This document shows positions 37,345 to 51,399 of a stretch of 64,000 nucleotides of DNA, piece by piece; positions within the stretch are counted from its first letter, which is position 1; each line of letters begins with the position of its first letter. Below the pieces are notes generated by a model, which did not search any database, had not been told where the DNA came from, and worked only from the letters and a program-made list of their open reading frames with translations. Source of the DNA: the human T2T-CHM13v2.0 reference genome, Homo sapiens. The position numbers were made by a program, and so were the translations under genes. The DNA lies in assembly GCF_009914755.1 (NCBI RefSeq), contig NC_060928.1; one strand, given 5' to 3'.

Positions 37345-37860
37345 GCTATTTTAACATCTGGGAGACCTGTGGGGCAGGAGAGAGAGAAGGGATATTATTA
37401 GAATGTGTGAATCTTGGCCGGGCTCCCTCGGGCCCTGGAGTGGGCAGGTGGCCAGAGGACAGAAGTGATATTTCACACAGATGGTGGCCTCTCCAGGCCT
37501 CTGCAAACCAGCAGGACGGATCGGCGGTGAGGTGAGGCTCGTGTGCCTGGCGCCAGGAGTGCCCACCAAGAACCTTAAATGGGTGAGGGGGCTGGTTTTG
37601 CTCAGCACCGACCTTGGGGAAGGCTGTGTGAGGGCAGGGAGACCCAGGCCTGGGGGTGGTGGGGGTGGGGAACTCCCCGGGGCTCCAAGAGAAACCAGTG
37701 TAAGTATGGACCCTGAGAGGCGGCAGGGCAGGGAGAGCCTCTCCGCATCGCGATGGTCACAGTGGCTCTTCCAGGCAGGGAGCCCGGCCAAGATTCACAC
37801 ATTTTAATAATGCCCCTTCTCCCTCTCCTGCCCCACAGGTCTCCCAGATGTTCAAATAGC
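37345..37860. repeat. spaced inverted repeat, 84-bp arms (37345-37428 / 37777-37860), 348-bp spacer
   Basis: Manual alignment of the left arm's reverse complement to the right arm gives 79/84 identity, ungapped. Confidence 0.97.
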
Positions 37861-38417
37861 TTGTGTCCTGCACACTGACTGAGAGTGTGTCCTTGACAAG
37901 TCCCTTCACCTCCCTGAGCTCCAGGCTTGTCACCCGTAAAAGGTGGTGACAGGAAGAGAAGTGCACATGTGGGAAGCTCCCAAAAGGTGCCATGTGCTCT
38001 ACCCCATGTGTGCCCACTCTCCTCTGGCCTCCCCCAGCCCCTTGTCCTTCTCTGCCTGCTCTGTGCCCTGGAGGTGAGTCCACAGCTTGCTTACCTGGCC
38101 TCCCTGGCCCTGGCCTCCCATTGGGTTCAGTCAACGAGAGGCGCCGACAGGAGATGGGAGGAAGGCGAGGATGGGGGATGGGTTCCTGCAACTTTCTCTT
38201 TGAGGTCTGGGGTTGCTGTGTTTGCTGCTTTCCTCTGTCCACAGCTCCACTGGCCAGCCCTGGCCCATGGCTACAGCTCTCACCCGCCCAGGTACCTCTG
38301 CTCTGTCCTCTTCCTCCTTCAGTGTTGGGGGAGTGGTGGCTTCCCGCAGGGGCGGAGTGCTTCCGCTGTGTCCCCTGCTGACTCCTTGGCTCTGTCCACA
38401 CCTCTGTGATTATCCCT

Positions 38418-39448
38418 TTCTTTTTAAAAAAATTTTTTTTTAAAATTATACTTTAAGTTCTGGGGCATATGTGCAGAACGTGCAGGTTTGTTACGTAGGT
38501 ACACATATGCCATGGTGGTTTGCTGCACCCATCAACTTGTCATCTACATCAGGTGTTTCTCCTAGTGCTATCCCTTCCCTAACCCCACACCCACCGACAG
38601 GCCCCGGTGTGTGATGTTCCCCTCTCTGTCCATGTGTTCTCATTGTTCAGCTCCCATTTATGAGTGAGAACATGCGGTGTTTGGTTTTCTGATCTTGTGA
38701 TAGTTTGCTGAGAATGATGGTTTCTAGCTTCATCCATGTCCTGCAAAGGACATGAACTCATTCCTTTTTTATGGCTGCATAGTATCCCATGGTGTATATG
38801 TGCCACATTTTCTTTATCCAGTCTATCACTGATGGGCATTTGGGCTGGTTCCAAGTCTTTGCTATTGTGAACAGTGCTGCAATAAATCTATGTGTTCATG
38901 TGTCTTTATAGTAGAATGATTTATAATCCTTTGGGTATATACCCAGTAATGGGATTGCTGGGTCAAATGGTATTTCTAGTTCTAGATCCTTGAGAAATAG
39001 CCACACTGTCTTCCACAATGGCTGAACTAATTTACACTCCCGCCAACGGTGGGAAACATCCTCTCCAGCATGTTTCCTGACATTTTAATGATCGCCATTC
39101 TAACTGGCCTGAGATGGTATCTCATTGTGGTTTTGATCTGCATTTCTCTGATGACCAGTGATGATGAGCATTTTTTTCATACGTTTGTTGGCTGCATAAG
39201 TGTCTTCTTTTGAGAAGTGTCTGTTCATATCCTTCTCCCACTTTTTGATGGGGTTGTTTGTTTTTTTCTTATAAATGTGTTTAAGTTCTTTGTAGATTCT
39301 GGATATTAGCCCTTTGTCAGATGGATAGATTGCAAAAATTTTCTCCTATTCCGTAGGTTGCCTGTTCACTCTGATGATAGTTTCTTTTGCTGTGTAGAAG
39401 CTCTTTCGTTTAATTAGATCCCTTTTCTCTGTTTTGGCTTTTGTTGCC
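38418..39448 (-). mobile_element. 5'-truncated L1PA element (~1 kb 3' end)
   Basis: Poly-T then ttatactttaagttctgg...gtgcaggtttgttac...gggtatatacccagtaatgggattgctgggtcaaatggtatttctagttctagatcc...tttaattagatccc. Confidence 0.97.
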
Positions 39449-39509
39449 ACCGTTTCTTTAAATTCTATTAACCATGTGGTTTCTTGTGCAGAGCCTGGCT
39501 GACACAGAT

Positions 39510-39630
39510 GTATCTCATTTAATCCTTACCATACTCAATTAAAAAGTGATGCAATCATCCTCATTTTACAGACGTGGAAGCTGAGGTCCGCAGAGTTCAA
39601 TTCCATGACTGGGGGATTTGAACCCAGGTT
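39510..39630 (-). mobile_element. MIR
   Basis: atctcatttaatccttac...catcctcattttacagacgtggaagctgagg...gggatttgaacccagg. Confidence 0.75.
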
Positions 39631-41429
39631 GTGGGACTCAGGATCTCCTCAGAACCCACATTCTCAAGCACAGATAGAATCACGGGGCTCACAGGGGTTG
39701 TACTCTGTACTCGTAGGCCCAGGGTATGTGGCAGGTGTTTGAGAAATGGTTGCTGTGCTGAGGGCGCTCTTCCTGGTGAGAGCACTGTGCTTTCCCTGGA
39801 ACAGGAGCTGTCCCTGACGTCAGGCCCAGGGGTGGCCCTTGGTGTGGCCCCTCCCAGGAGCCCTCTTGCTCCTCATGCCCTGTCCAGGCCAGCCCATCCT
39901 TTGATGTAGCAGTACCCGCCTCCCCTCCTGCCTCCCGCCCTACCTTGGCTGTGCCCGAGGAGGAGGTGGTCATAGGCCCCACGCTGTCTTCCATTTCCTG
40001 TTTCTCTTCTAGTCATCATCTCATTCACACATCACATGCCCTTGGGGTTCACAGCATCTCCCCATCTTACAGATGAGGACCTGAGACTCTGAGAGGAGAA
40101 GTCGGCCCCCTGCACTGCTGTGGATGAGGTGGAGGACTGGAGATTTGCTCATGCGTGGAGCTGACGCCAAAGCCTGTGTGTTCACCATTGGGCCACCCAG
40201 CCTGTTGGGCAGGACAGAGTTTCCTCTGACAGCCCAGGCTGGTGCAGGCAGGGGCTGAGGGTGATTTGGGGGAATGACAGAAGCTCCTGCATCTGCGCTG
40301 CTGCTGCCCACCATACCCCTCTCACTCCCCTCTCCTGCCCTCCCAGGCTTGGGTTGGAGAAAGGCAGAATAGAGACACCTTCTCCCCTTTTCCCTTTCAG
40401 AACTCGGCAGCCAAGTGAGAACCCATGTGTGGGAACTTTTCTTTTCCCTGTGGGTGTCAGGGGACTGGGCATCCAAAGAATGGGTAGGAGGCAGCTGCTC
40501 TGGATGCCCAGAGCCTTCTGGCCAGTTGCCCCCTGAGGGGCTGGATTTCCTCCTCTCTGTGGCCACTCAAAGGGGTCTGCTGTGTGGGTTTATCATAGGA
40601 GGGTCAGAGGAGCCACACTTACTCTCTGCCTGGGCTCCTCTATCTGCCTCCAAGCCTCCTCCCACCTCCCCCCTCCCAGGAATGTTGAGCAACAAATTGC
40701 TATGATTGATCCATCAATGGATTGACTGATGGGCTGGTCTAGGAGTCACTCAACAAACATGTCATTTGCTTTACTGACTCTGGGCCAGTGGGCTTTTAAC
40801 AGTTGTTTGTGGAATGAATGAATGAATGAGTGAACGGGAGCTGTGGTTACTACCCCAAATGATCATGGGCTGTGTTGGAGGTGACATGCCAAATATGGGA
40901 ACGTAAACCAGGTAGGAAAGCTCTCTGCCTCTTAAGAGACACACACAGAGAGTTAAGGGGCAGCTTCAGGGGAAGGAAAGTCAGTGGCAACTCAGGGTGG
41001 TAAGGAGGGCAGAACCAGAGAGACTTCCTGGAGGAGGTGGCATTTCAGCAGGGCCTTGAAGGCCCACTAGCGCTGGAGACACAGTGGTGAAAGCCGGGAA
41101 GACATGGTGTGACCCTCTTCCTCCTGCTGCTGCTCGTGTTCTTACAACCTCCCCCGAGCAGGGTCTGTGAGCCCTTTCACAATGGGGACACCGAGGCTCA
41201 GAGAGGTGGAGAGTCATCCTTGAGGCGCTCATAGCACTGAACTTAGTTGATCACGGATCCCTGTTTTGTTGTTGTTTTTACCTTAGAGCACTCGTCAACA
41301 TCTGTCGGATGATGCTTGGGAAAAGCCATCTCAGAGAATTGAAGTTCTAACTTATGGTCATGCTGGCTTTCCCCTGTATGGTCAGACACTGTGATGGGTG
41401 CTGGAACCAGCCTGGGAATTCTCTTGCTT

Positions 41430-42020
41430 TCTGTCCCCTTATGACCTTGTATAATTGGCAAATGTCAACAGCTCTGTCGTCTAACATTACATTTTGGCAG
41501 GCAGGCGTTTGATCCAGCTTGTGGAGGCCAGAGGGGCTGGTGATTCTCTCGAGAGAATTTGGAGACCCTTCAAAGGGAAGAGACGGGTCTCCCAGAGCAG
41601 CCCAGACAGGGCTCTGCGACGGCCATAAATGTGTCATATTTAGCTCTGTGGTCAGGCAGACGGTGTTGCTTCATTAGTAAATGTGCTGTTTGTCTGCCAT
41701 GCCTGCGTGGCCAAGGCATGAGATTATATTTACTGAATGCAAATCATGCCATGGACATCTATTTCTCTGCCTTGCTGTTTACTCCTTCCTTTCTCTCCAG
41801 CCCAGATTTATGAAACATATGGATCCTCTCTTTAAACAATCCCTCAAAAGCCCTGGCTTGCAAATTAGTTCCTTGAATGATCAGCTGTACATATCCTGCA
41901 TTTAATAAATTCAGTTATTAAGGAAGCTGCAATTGATTATTCAATTACAGCAGATCGGGAATCAGGCTGCTCGGCAAGCTGCCTGAGGCACTGGATTGAG
42001 TACTAATAAAAGGAAAAAAC
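41430..42020. promoter_or_regulatory. candidate developmental enhancer / conserved non-coding element
   Basis: Repeat-free AT-rich island with GCCATAAA, TGTCA, GATTTATGA, CATATG, CAGCTG, CAATTA, TTGGCA and several TAAT cores. Function is inferred only. Confidence 0.45.
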
Positions 42021-42426
42021 ACCTCGGGACCGGCCTTTCCACCAACATTCCCTGCTGGTGAGAGAGCTCAGAGGCTGTGCCCTGGGCTTTGCCTGGGGAA
42101 GGGGCCCTGTGGGCATGGTCCCTGATGCCTTCTGACTGTAAAGAAATTAGTGAGCCAGATGACCGAGGATCCTTTCCATGTGATTTGTGTCGACTGGGAA
42201 ATTTGCATTATGTATGAAATTTGCCATTTGCATTTCATTCTAAGGAAAACCCTGAACAATATTGATAAATACATTTTATGTGTATACAAAATAGATTTGA
42301 GCAAGATATGGGGGTTCTGGGTGTGGAAGTGTGTGTGATGAAATTAGCTTTGTAAACATGGCATTCATACAGGGGGAAGATAATGGAGGTGGCAAAAGGT
42401 CTCAGCAGAAATGAAAGATCTGATCT

Positions 42427-42708
42427 GCCCATCTACCCATCCATTCTCCCACCCACCCACCCATCTATGCATCCATCTATCCATCCATCCACCCACCCAC
42501 CCATCCACCAACACATCCATCGATTCATCCATCCACCCACCTATCCATCCACCCACCTATCCATCTATCCACCCACCCATCCATCCATCCAACCACCTAT
42601 CCATCCATCCATCCATCTATCCATCCATCCATCCATCCATCCACCCACCTATCCATCTATCCATCCATCCATCCATCCATCCATCCATCCATCCATCCAT
42701 CCATCCAT
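42427..42708. repeat. (CCAT)n/(CCAC)n simple repeat, ~280 bp
   Basis: Directly visible run, followed by a minus-strand L2 fragment (~42710-42990). Confidence 0.97.
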
Positions 42709-44204
42709 GGCCTATTCCTGTAGGCCACTGCTTAAGCACTGGGATAGTGTGGTAACAAGACAGACATAGGCCCCTGTCCTCTCAGAGCTTCCAGTGTAGT
42801 GTGGAGGACACCAGATGAGAAGCAAATCAACAAATATGATTCCCAGGTAATTGCTGGTAGCAATAGGTTCTATTAGGGAAATATATACAAGATGATCGGC
42901 AAGAAGCTGACTGGGGCACTTTGGTGAGGGGTTCAAGGAGGGCCTCTGAGGAGGGGGCTGGGAGTGTGCAGCCATCCTGCTGAGGGTTCCCATGGGGAAC
43001 ACTGGGCACACTGACACGACCTCCACACAGCCCTCAGCAGGGACTCCCTTTCCATGCCTCCTGGGTCTTGTGTGCCTTCCAGCCAGGATTTAGGCACTGC
43101 TTTTTCTTTAGGCTGTGTCTGGTGAAGGTGGAGGGACTCAGGACACAGCCCAGACATTCTTGGGAAAATCACCGCAGGGCTCAGACGGCCAATGTGGGAC
43201 CTCGTCGTCCAGGTTTGAGGAGCTCTGGGAGTCCTACGACTGAGGTCTCTGCCCAGTTTGGTCTCAGGGACTCATCCTAACAGTTTATATGCCTGCCTTC
43301 TGCTTCCCGACTGCTGCAGAGGAAAGAACAGGGGCTTTGGAACCAGAGACCTGCGATTAAATCTGGAATCATGTCACCCCAGTGAGCCTTGGTGTCTTTA
43401 CCTGTGAAATTACCACCCTCCATTCCTCATGGGCAAATGCAGGTGTGGGAAGTAACCAGATTGTTTTAAATACTCAATAAATGACGGTTGTATTAGTAAT
43501 AAGAGGACTTTGAGTCATTGTTGAAATCTGTAGAGAGGTCACCTGGTGTAATGGAAGGAAAATGGACTGAGAGTTGGGAGGCTGAGGAGTCCCGGTCCCC
43601 TCCCTGGTTTCCCTGAACTCACCTGTGAAAAAGCCCAGCCTGGAGGAGCAGGAAGGACCTTGTCAAAGAAAGCACCCGTCATTCTGGTTCTGTGATGCTG
43701 GTGGCACAGGCTGGGCAGGACGCTGGCCGGGTGTTCATCATCGTCTGCCTCATTGTCCTGGGAAGGAGCCGGGCGTGTCCGACCTGATTGCGAACCTGCT
43801 GTGTGTGTGAACTTGGTGTGGAGTTCCCACGGACTCCTTCCTGGCTCCAGGTTCTCCTGCATTTGGCCAAGAAGCCTTGTTCAGCAGCTGGCTTCAGCTA
43901 AGCCCGTGGTCTCTGCTGCCTGTATGTCAAAGTGGCTGGGGCACAGGGCTGTCCAGCAAGGCTGCTGACTCTCCTGGGGACTGCTGCTTGGCAGGCTCCT
44001 CCTCCATGCTGGTGTGGGGCTGGCAAGACTCCACTGTGGACACCCACCTCATGGTGTCTCAAAACAGCCAGGGCTGGGCAAGTGCCTTCATGGTCAAGTT
44101 CCACCCCGACGTGGACACTGGTTCATCCACGGAGCTTGCTGGGCACCATGGACCTTGGTGCGTCTCGTTCCCACCGTGGGCCGTGGTGTTGGCAAGCTGG
44201 TGAA

Positions 44205-44256
44205 CTTCATTCATTCACTCACTCACTCATTCACTCACTGACTCATTCATTCACTC
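44205..44256. repeat. (CATT/CACT)n simple repeat (L2 tail)
   Basis: cattcattcactcactcactcattcactcactgactcattcattcactc. Confidence 0.85.
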
Positions 44257-45372
44257 CCTCTCCTCACATGTCCTGAGGATCCAGTGTGTGCCAGGCCGAG
44301 TGCCAGGTCCTGAGGTCACAGAGGCCCCCCTCCCTTTGGATGGGGGAGCAGAGAAGTAGAGAGACAGTGACCACACAGGGTCACTGCGCTGAGGTTACGG
44401 GAAGCAGTGGAGACTGCGGGACTCAGAGGTGAAATCCCTAAGTCCCCTGCCTAAGAGATGTGATTGGCTGGGGGCAGGTTCTGGCAGATGTCAGTCATCA
44501 GAGGGCAGGTATTTCTCCAGCAAAGCGAGAAGAGAACAGACCTGGCTCTGTGCAGCCCATGTCCCGCACCTCCCTCAGCACCTGGGTGCCTGTCTGTGCA
44601 GTGAGGGGTTGGATGCCCTGATCTCCTAGACCCTGGCCCTCTCCTGCTTGTCCAGGGGCATGGGATGAGTGACTGCAGGTGTGGGCATCTGTCCCCTAGC
44701 TGGCCTGGCCTTAGGTGTCCCCCAAAGCACCAAGCTGCCACCACCACTGCCTGGACCCCGTCGAGTGTCTCCCGACCACCGGCTATCCACAGGAAATCAC
44801 AGGTGGGCACTCAGCCCCTGGTCTGGGAAGGCTTCTCCGTGGAGTGATGGTGAGGTGATGTCCTTCTCGGGAAGGTGCTGTGTGGCCCGTTTAATTGAGG
44901 GTGCTGTTCTTCTCCTGTGATTGAAACTAGGCGGAGCTCTTGCCGGCCCTGGGGCATTGGGTGCTGGGAGCAGGCAGGGGCTGGCCTCCCTATGGAAAGC
45001 CCCTCACCATGCCTGGGTCTGCTCTCTGCAGTCCTGACCCCCACTCCCTTCCAGCTGCAGGCCAGACCCTGAGGGTGCAGGGGAGATGCACCCTCTCCGT
45101 GCAGCCCTGCTGCTGGCTGGAGCCAGAGGCCCCCGGCGATGTCCAGTCCTGCCCTCACCCTGCCATGCCAGACCCCAGCCTGAAGCTGCTCATTCCCCTG
45201 CGGTGCCCGCCTCATGCCATCATTCCCGCCTGGCCGCTCCTCCAGCATTGCTGTCCCTCAGAATCCTTCCCAGGCCCTGACACCAGCTTCTATGCCGCCC
45301 TGGCGCCAGGCTTCCCCGATGCCTCTGGAGTTGGGGCCATGCTCTGCATGGGACTTCTGCTCCATTCGGGGG

Positions 45373-46115
<743 letters not shown>

Positions 46116-47824
46116 TGGGCCCCATTCCCTTCCTGCAGAGGGAGGGGCTGGCTCTGCTCTCTGTTTGCAGTCCCCAAATTCAGCCCAGGACCAGGGCTCA
46201 GGCTGAAGTTGTTTGTCGAAAAACAGCCTCCGGCTCATCCTCCTCCACTTCCCCAGACTCCTACTCTTCCTCCGTGTCATCCTACCTGTCTCCCTGTTCT
46301 CCTTTCCCGGCCCTGCACTTCCACAAGACTCAGACCTGACCCTAAATTTCCCTTTTTTCTGGAGCCCGAGGTGTTTCTTGCCTGGGCCCTGGTGCCACAG
46401 AGCTGAGGGACCCTTTTCTGTCCCTCACGAGTTGGGTCCAGCTCACCCCAAATCATGAGCTCCCTGGAGCTCCCAGCCAATAGGGCTGTGCAGGCCAGCG
46501 GGTGGCCTGGCCTGGGAGGGCACAGCTTGGTGGAACAATTCAGAGTCCCTCCGTGGAAGTTGGGAGAAGATGCTGGACTCCTCTGGTGAAGTGTCGGAGC
46601 TTCCTACCCGAGCCCTGGCTTGTTTCGGGAGCAGCTGTGAAGGGAGTGGAGGGCTGAAGCGCCCCTCATTTCCGTCCTGCCCTCCTCCCTTCTTTCTTTC
46701 AGGAGACCCGTTGAACACCTTCCCTGTGCCACCTTCTGTGCTCTGAGCTTTCCCGGGATGTCTCTGATCATCTCCAGGGATTTTCTGAAGATCATTTGGG
46801 AACAGTAGTTCCTACCCAAAGCATCTGGGGCCCCTGTCTTTACTCTCTCCACAGCCTGTTAGCTGTGAGTCATCCATTCATTCATCAAGCACTCCGGTGG
46901 TTTCCCACAGTGTGAGGATGAAGCGGACTCAGCCCTGCCCTCAGCATTCCTGCAAGGCCAGCTCAGATACCCCCTCCCCCAGGAGGCCCTCTCTGATTGC
47001 CCAGCATCTATGGGAACGCTGCCTCTCACTCTGCTGCTTTGGACCTCAGCTAAGACTCTGGCCACGTTCTGCCTCAGTGGCTCCAGCATTGCTGTGCTAA
47101 GCCTAAAACACCAGGGTCAGGCTGCCGGGCTCGAGTCCCAGCTCGGCCCCCTGTCGCCACGCCATAACTGCCTCCCAGCGTGTTTCCTCTGCAGACGGTG
47201 GCTCATCACAGTGCCAGCTTTTTGGGCAGTCTGGAAGAATCAGTGGGGGGTGGGGGAGGTGTGGCAGGGGAGGGCCACAGAGAGGGAAGGAAGCCCTCTG
47301 AACGCAGGCTGCTATTGGTACCAGCCTGGATCGCTGCAGCCCCCACAAAGCACGAAATAGTTTCTCAATAAATATTTATTGCATGAATCAGTGAATCAAA
47401 CTTTCTAATTCAGCGGAAACACTATGACCACCAGGGACGGGACAGACAAGAGTGATGATTAGAGATGAGTAGGCATCTTCCTTTCTCCTAAGCCTTTCTT
47501 ACCCTTCTGGTATAACTACTTCTTCCCTGTTTTACCTAAGCGTTAAATTCGTGGATGCTGATTTTCAATTCTTAGCACAAAACACCTGCTTACTTGAGGG
47601 CAGAGCCTGGGAGATCCTGGAGAAACCCCCGTGGTGGTAGAGTAAGGACTTGCCGCAGCTCCGAGGATGGGTCGAGTAGGGCGTCTATTTCCCCGCCCCT
47701 ACCCAAGCAGGCTGGGGCGAGGTCTCTGCAGATCTCCTCCTGGCCACCCCAGCCCTGGCCCGTAAGCAGAACTCGCTGGATACATGGAGGAAAGATGGAA
47801 TGGATGACAACACCAGCTCAGCCA

Positions 47825-48118
47825 GCCAGGCACCGTGGCTCATGTCTGTAGTCCCAGCACTTTGGGAGGCTGAGGCAGGCAGATCACCCGAGGTCAGGAG
47901 TTCGAGACCAGCCTGGCTAACATGGTAAAACCCCGTCTGTACTAAAAATACAAAAATTAGCCAGGCGTGGTGGCAGGTGCCTGTAATCCCAGCTTCTCAG
48001 GAGGCTGAATCAGGGAGAATTGCTTGAATCTGGGAGACGGAGGTTGCAGTGAGCCGAGATTGCGCCACTGCACTCCAGCCTGGGCAACAAAGCGAGACTC
48101 CGTCTCAAGAAAAAAAAT
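47825..48118 (+). mobile_element. Alu (AluS-type)
   Basis: gccaggcaccgtggctcatg...gaggtcaggagttcgagaccagcc...gagactccgtctcaagaaaaaaaa. Confidence 0.97.
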
Positions 48119-49635
48119 ACCAGCTTGTCTGGGTCATCGGGGGTCTGTCAGTCAACCCGTCAGTGAGTGATGAGACGAGCAGCTCCTGTTGTAGAATGAG
48201 GTGACAATGGCACAGGTAGGTGACCTTTATGCTCAGGGAAGTCTGCACACCTTGAGGAAGCTGGAGCCGGAAGATGCAGGCCCGCTGGTGCCGGCTGTGT
48301 GGGGTTTGGGGTTTGTGGGTGGGGTTCTGGTTGTCTACACAGCCTGAGGTGTGAACTGAGTGGTGGGCCCCGGGCCCCTGGAGCTCCCTTCTCCCCTTGT
48401 GGGGCAGTCCATGGCCTTGGAGGATCCCTGGATTCAGAGGACCCTCTGGGCTGAATTCATTGCATCTGTGAGAGGGAGCTGTAAGTAAGTGGGAGTGAAG
48501 GGATGAAGGTTTCTGTCCTTTGGTGAACATCCCTGTGGTTCCTGCCACATTGTCTAAAGGATGCTTCCTTGAGTTTTTCAACCCTTTACCTTAGTGGGGA
48601 GCATGTGGGGAGTTGTCAAAGGCCTTTTCCTGGAAAGTAATTGACAAGGAGGGAGACAGGGAGCTTCCTGTCGTCCACTTAACAATCCCTCAACCCCTCT
48701 CCCATCCCTCGTCATCCAGCATGCAATGGGGCCGTCAAACTGAAGGAAGCTGTGCCGATGGCCACCCCAGATCAGGTGCCGTCGTTAATGAGGCTGCCAG
48801 GATCAGGCACTGCTGTTATTAGTGGTAACTGCAAACCTCCGAGGGCCCATGTGTGTCCTGCTGGGTATCAGGGGCCATGCAGACAGTAAAGCCCAGGGCA
48901 GCCTGCAGGGCTTTGCACACACGAGTGGGTGACCACCTGTGAGTGAAGGGAGTGCCCAGGGTGGAGGGAGCATAAAGGAGACAACAACCTGGCCAGGGAG
49001 TGGAGGAGGAGCAGGGAGGGCTTCCAGGAGGAGGTGATGCTGGAACTGCTTCCATCTTAAAGCAGGTGCAGCAGGTAGCAGGCCCATGGGCATCCCAGGG
49101 AGAGGGCCTGGAGGGGACCTCAGCTTAGGGTGAGTGAGATGCCACAGATGGAGGAGGCTGATACTCAGGGCATTTTAGGATTGAGTGGGAATTCATAAGG
49201 CAGAGGGAAGGAGGGAGGTGGCAGGACTGGAGACCCAGGCTCCAGGGAGGAGGCCTGGCCTGGGAAGGAGACTTCTAGAAGCACATGGGCTGGGGCCTGG
49301 TGGTTGGCAGAGCGGGGGTTGAGGTTGACGGGAGTAGGTCTAGGAGCCCCACAGGCAGCCGATTCAGCATCAGCGTTGCAGGGCGTCACCTCTGCCAGGC
49401 CCTGTGCTGTGCTGGGCTGGGCAAGAGGCCTGAGGGCCTGGAGGAGCTTACATTCCAGTGCTGGGATGAGGGCCGGTGATGCCAGGGTGCTGGTGGTGTC
49501 CCAGGAGGATGGCACTGTCATTCTCTGGAACAGCAAAGGTCCTGAGTGAGACAGGCAAGTGACCGGCAGGAAGGGAGCTGCCGTTGTGCAGGGCCGCCAG
49601 GGCCCCCGGTTGCACCATGACATGCGGCCAGGTGA

Positions 49636-50543
<908 letters not shown>

Positions 50544-51399
50544 TGACAGCACGCGTGTGGGTGCAGCACCCGCCAGTGTGCTGCGTTCCAGAAATAAACG
50601 TCAAGTGGCAGCTCCCCACGGCTGCGTTCACCCTTGCAGGGGGAGCTGCGCTGGTCCTGTCTAAACCCCGGCTCCGGGAAGCCACCTGTGCTGGCCTTTC
50701 TGTTTGCACCACCTGATTATGATTTGGATCTGGCCTGGGGTCTGGTTCCCTCCAGCGCTTCCTCTGAGGGAGTTTGGTGGGATCTGGCCCCGCAGCTACG
50801 GGTCCTCACACCACATCCCCCTGAAGCTGGATGTTTGAAAAGTCATGTCTGGGGACTAATTGTTGCTAAGAAGATTGTTGCTTAGAACACTTAACCTAAA
50901 ATTAAAATGTGCCTTTCCACTAAAAAAAGATCCCTCCTAGATCCATCCGTTGCCCTTCAAGCCACTGTCAAGGAGGTGAAGACCAAAATACAGATTTCGT
51001 TTTCTTTTTGTGAAGCATTTACCAAATGTGAAATAAATAGAAATTTCAGGACTTAAAGAACATCAAGGAAGAAAAACACTTTATTTTTCTGAGTTAGAAC
51101 CACACACCCCACTGGGGAATGAAGTTCCTGGTTAGAAACCCAGCCCCACCGAAATGAAACAAGGGGTTGTTTAGGATACTTACGTTCTCTCCAGTTCTCG
51201 CTTGTTCGTTTGTTGGTTCATCCATTCATTCATGCCCATGCTTGATGCTGCTGTATGCACTGGGCAGGCATATGAAAGAGTGGAGCACAGCTCTTGCTAA
51301 GGGAAGGGGACATTTCCATGACAACCACAAGCCAGCCCCCAAGCGATGAGGCTACTGTGGGAAGCTTGATCATGGAGGTAGGTGGTACTTGGACAACCT

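Noticed and set aside
42383-42769. His/Pro/Ser/Ile-rich ORFs
   Set aside because: They are translations of the (CCAT)n simple repeat.
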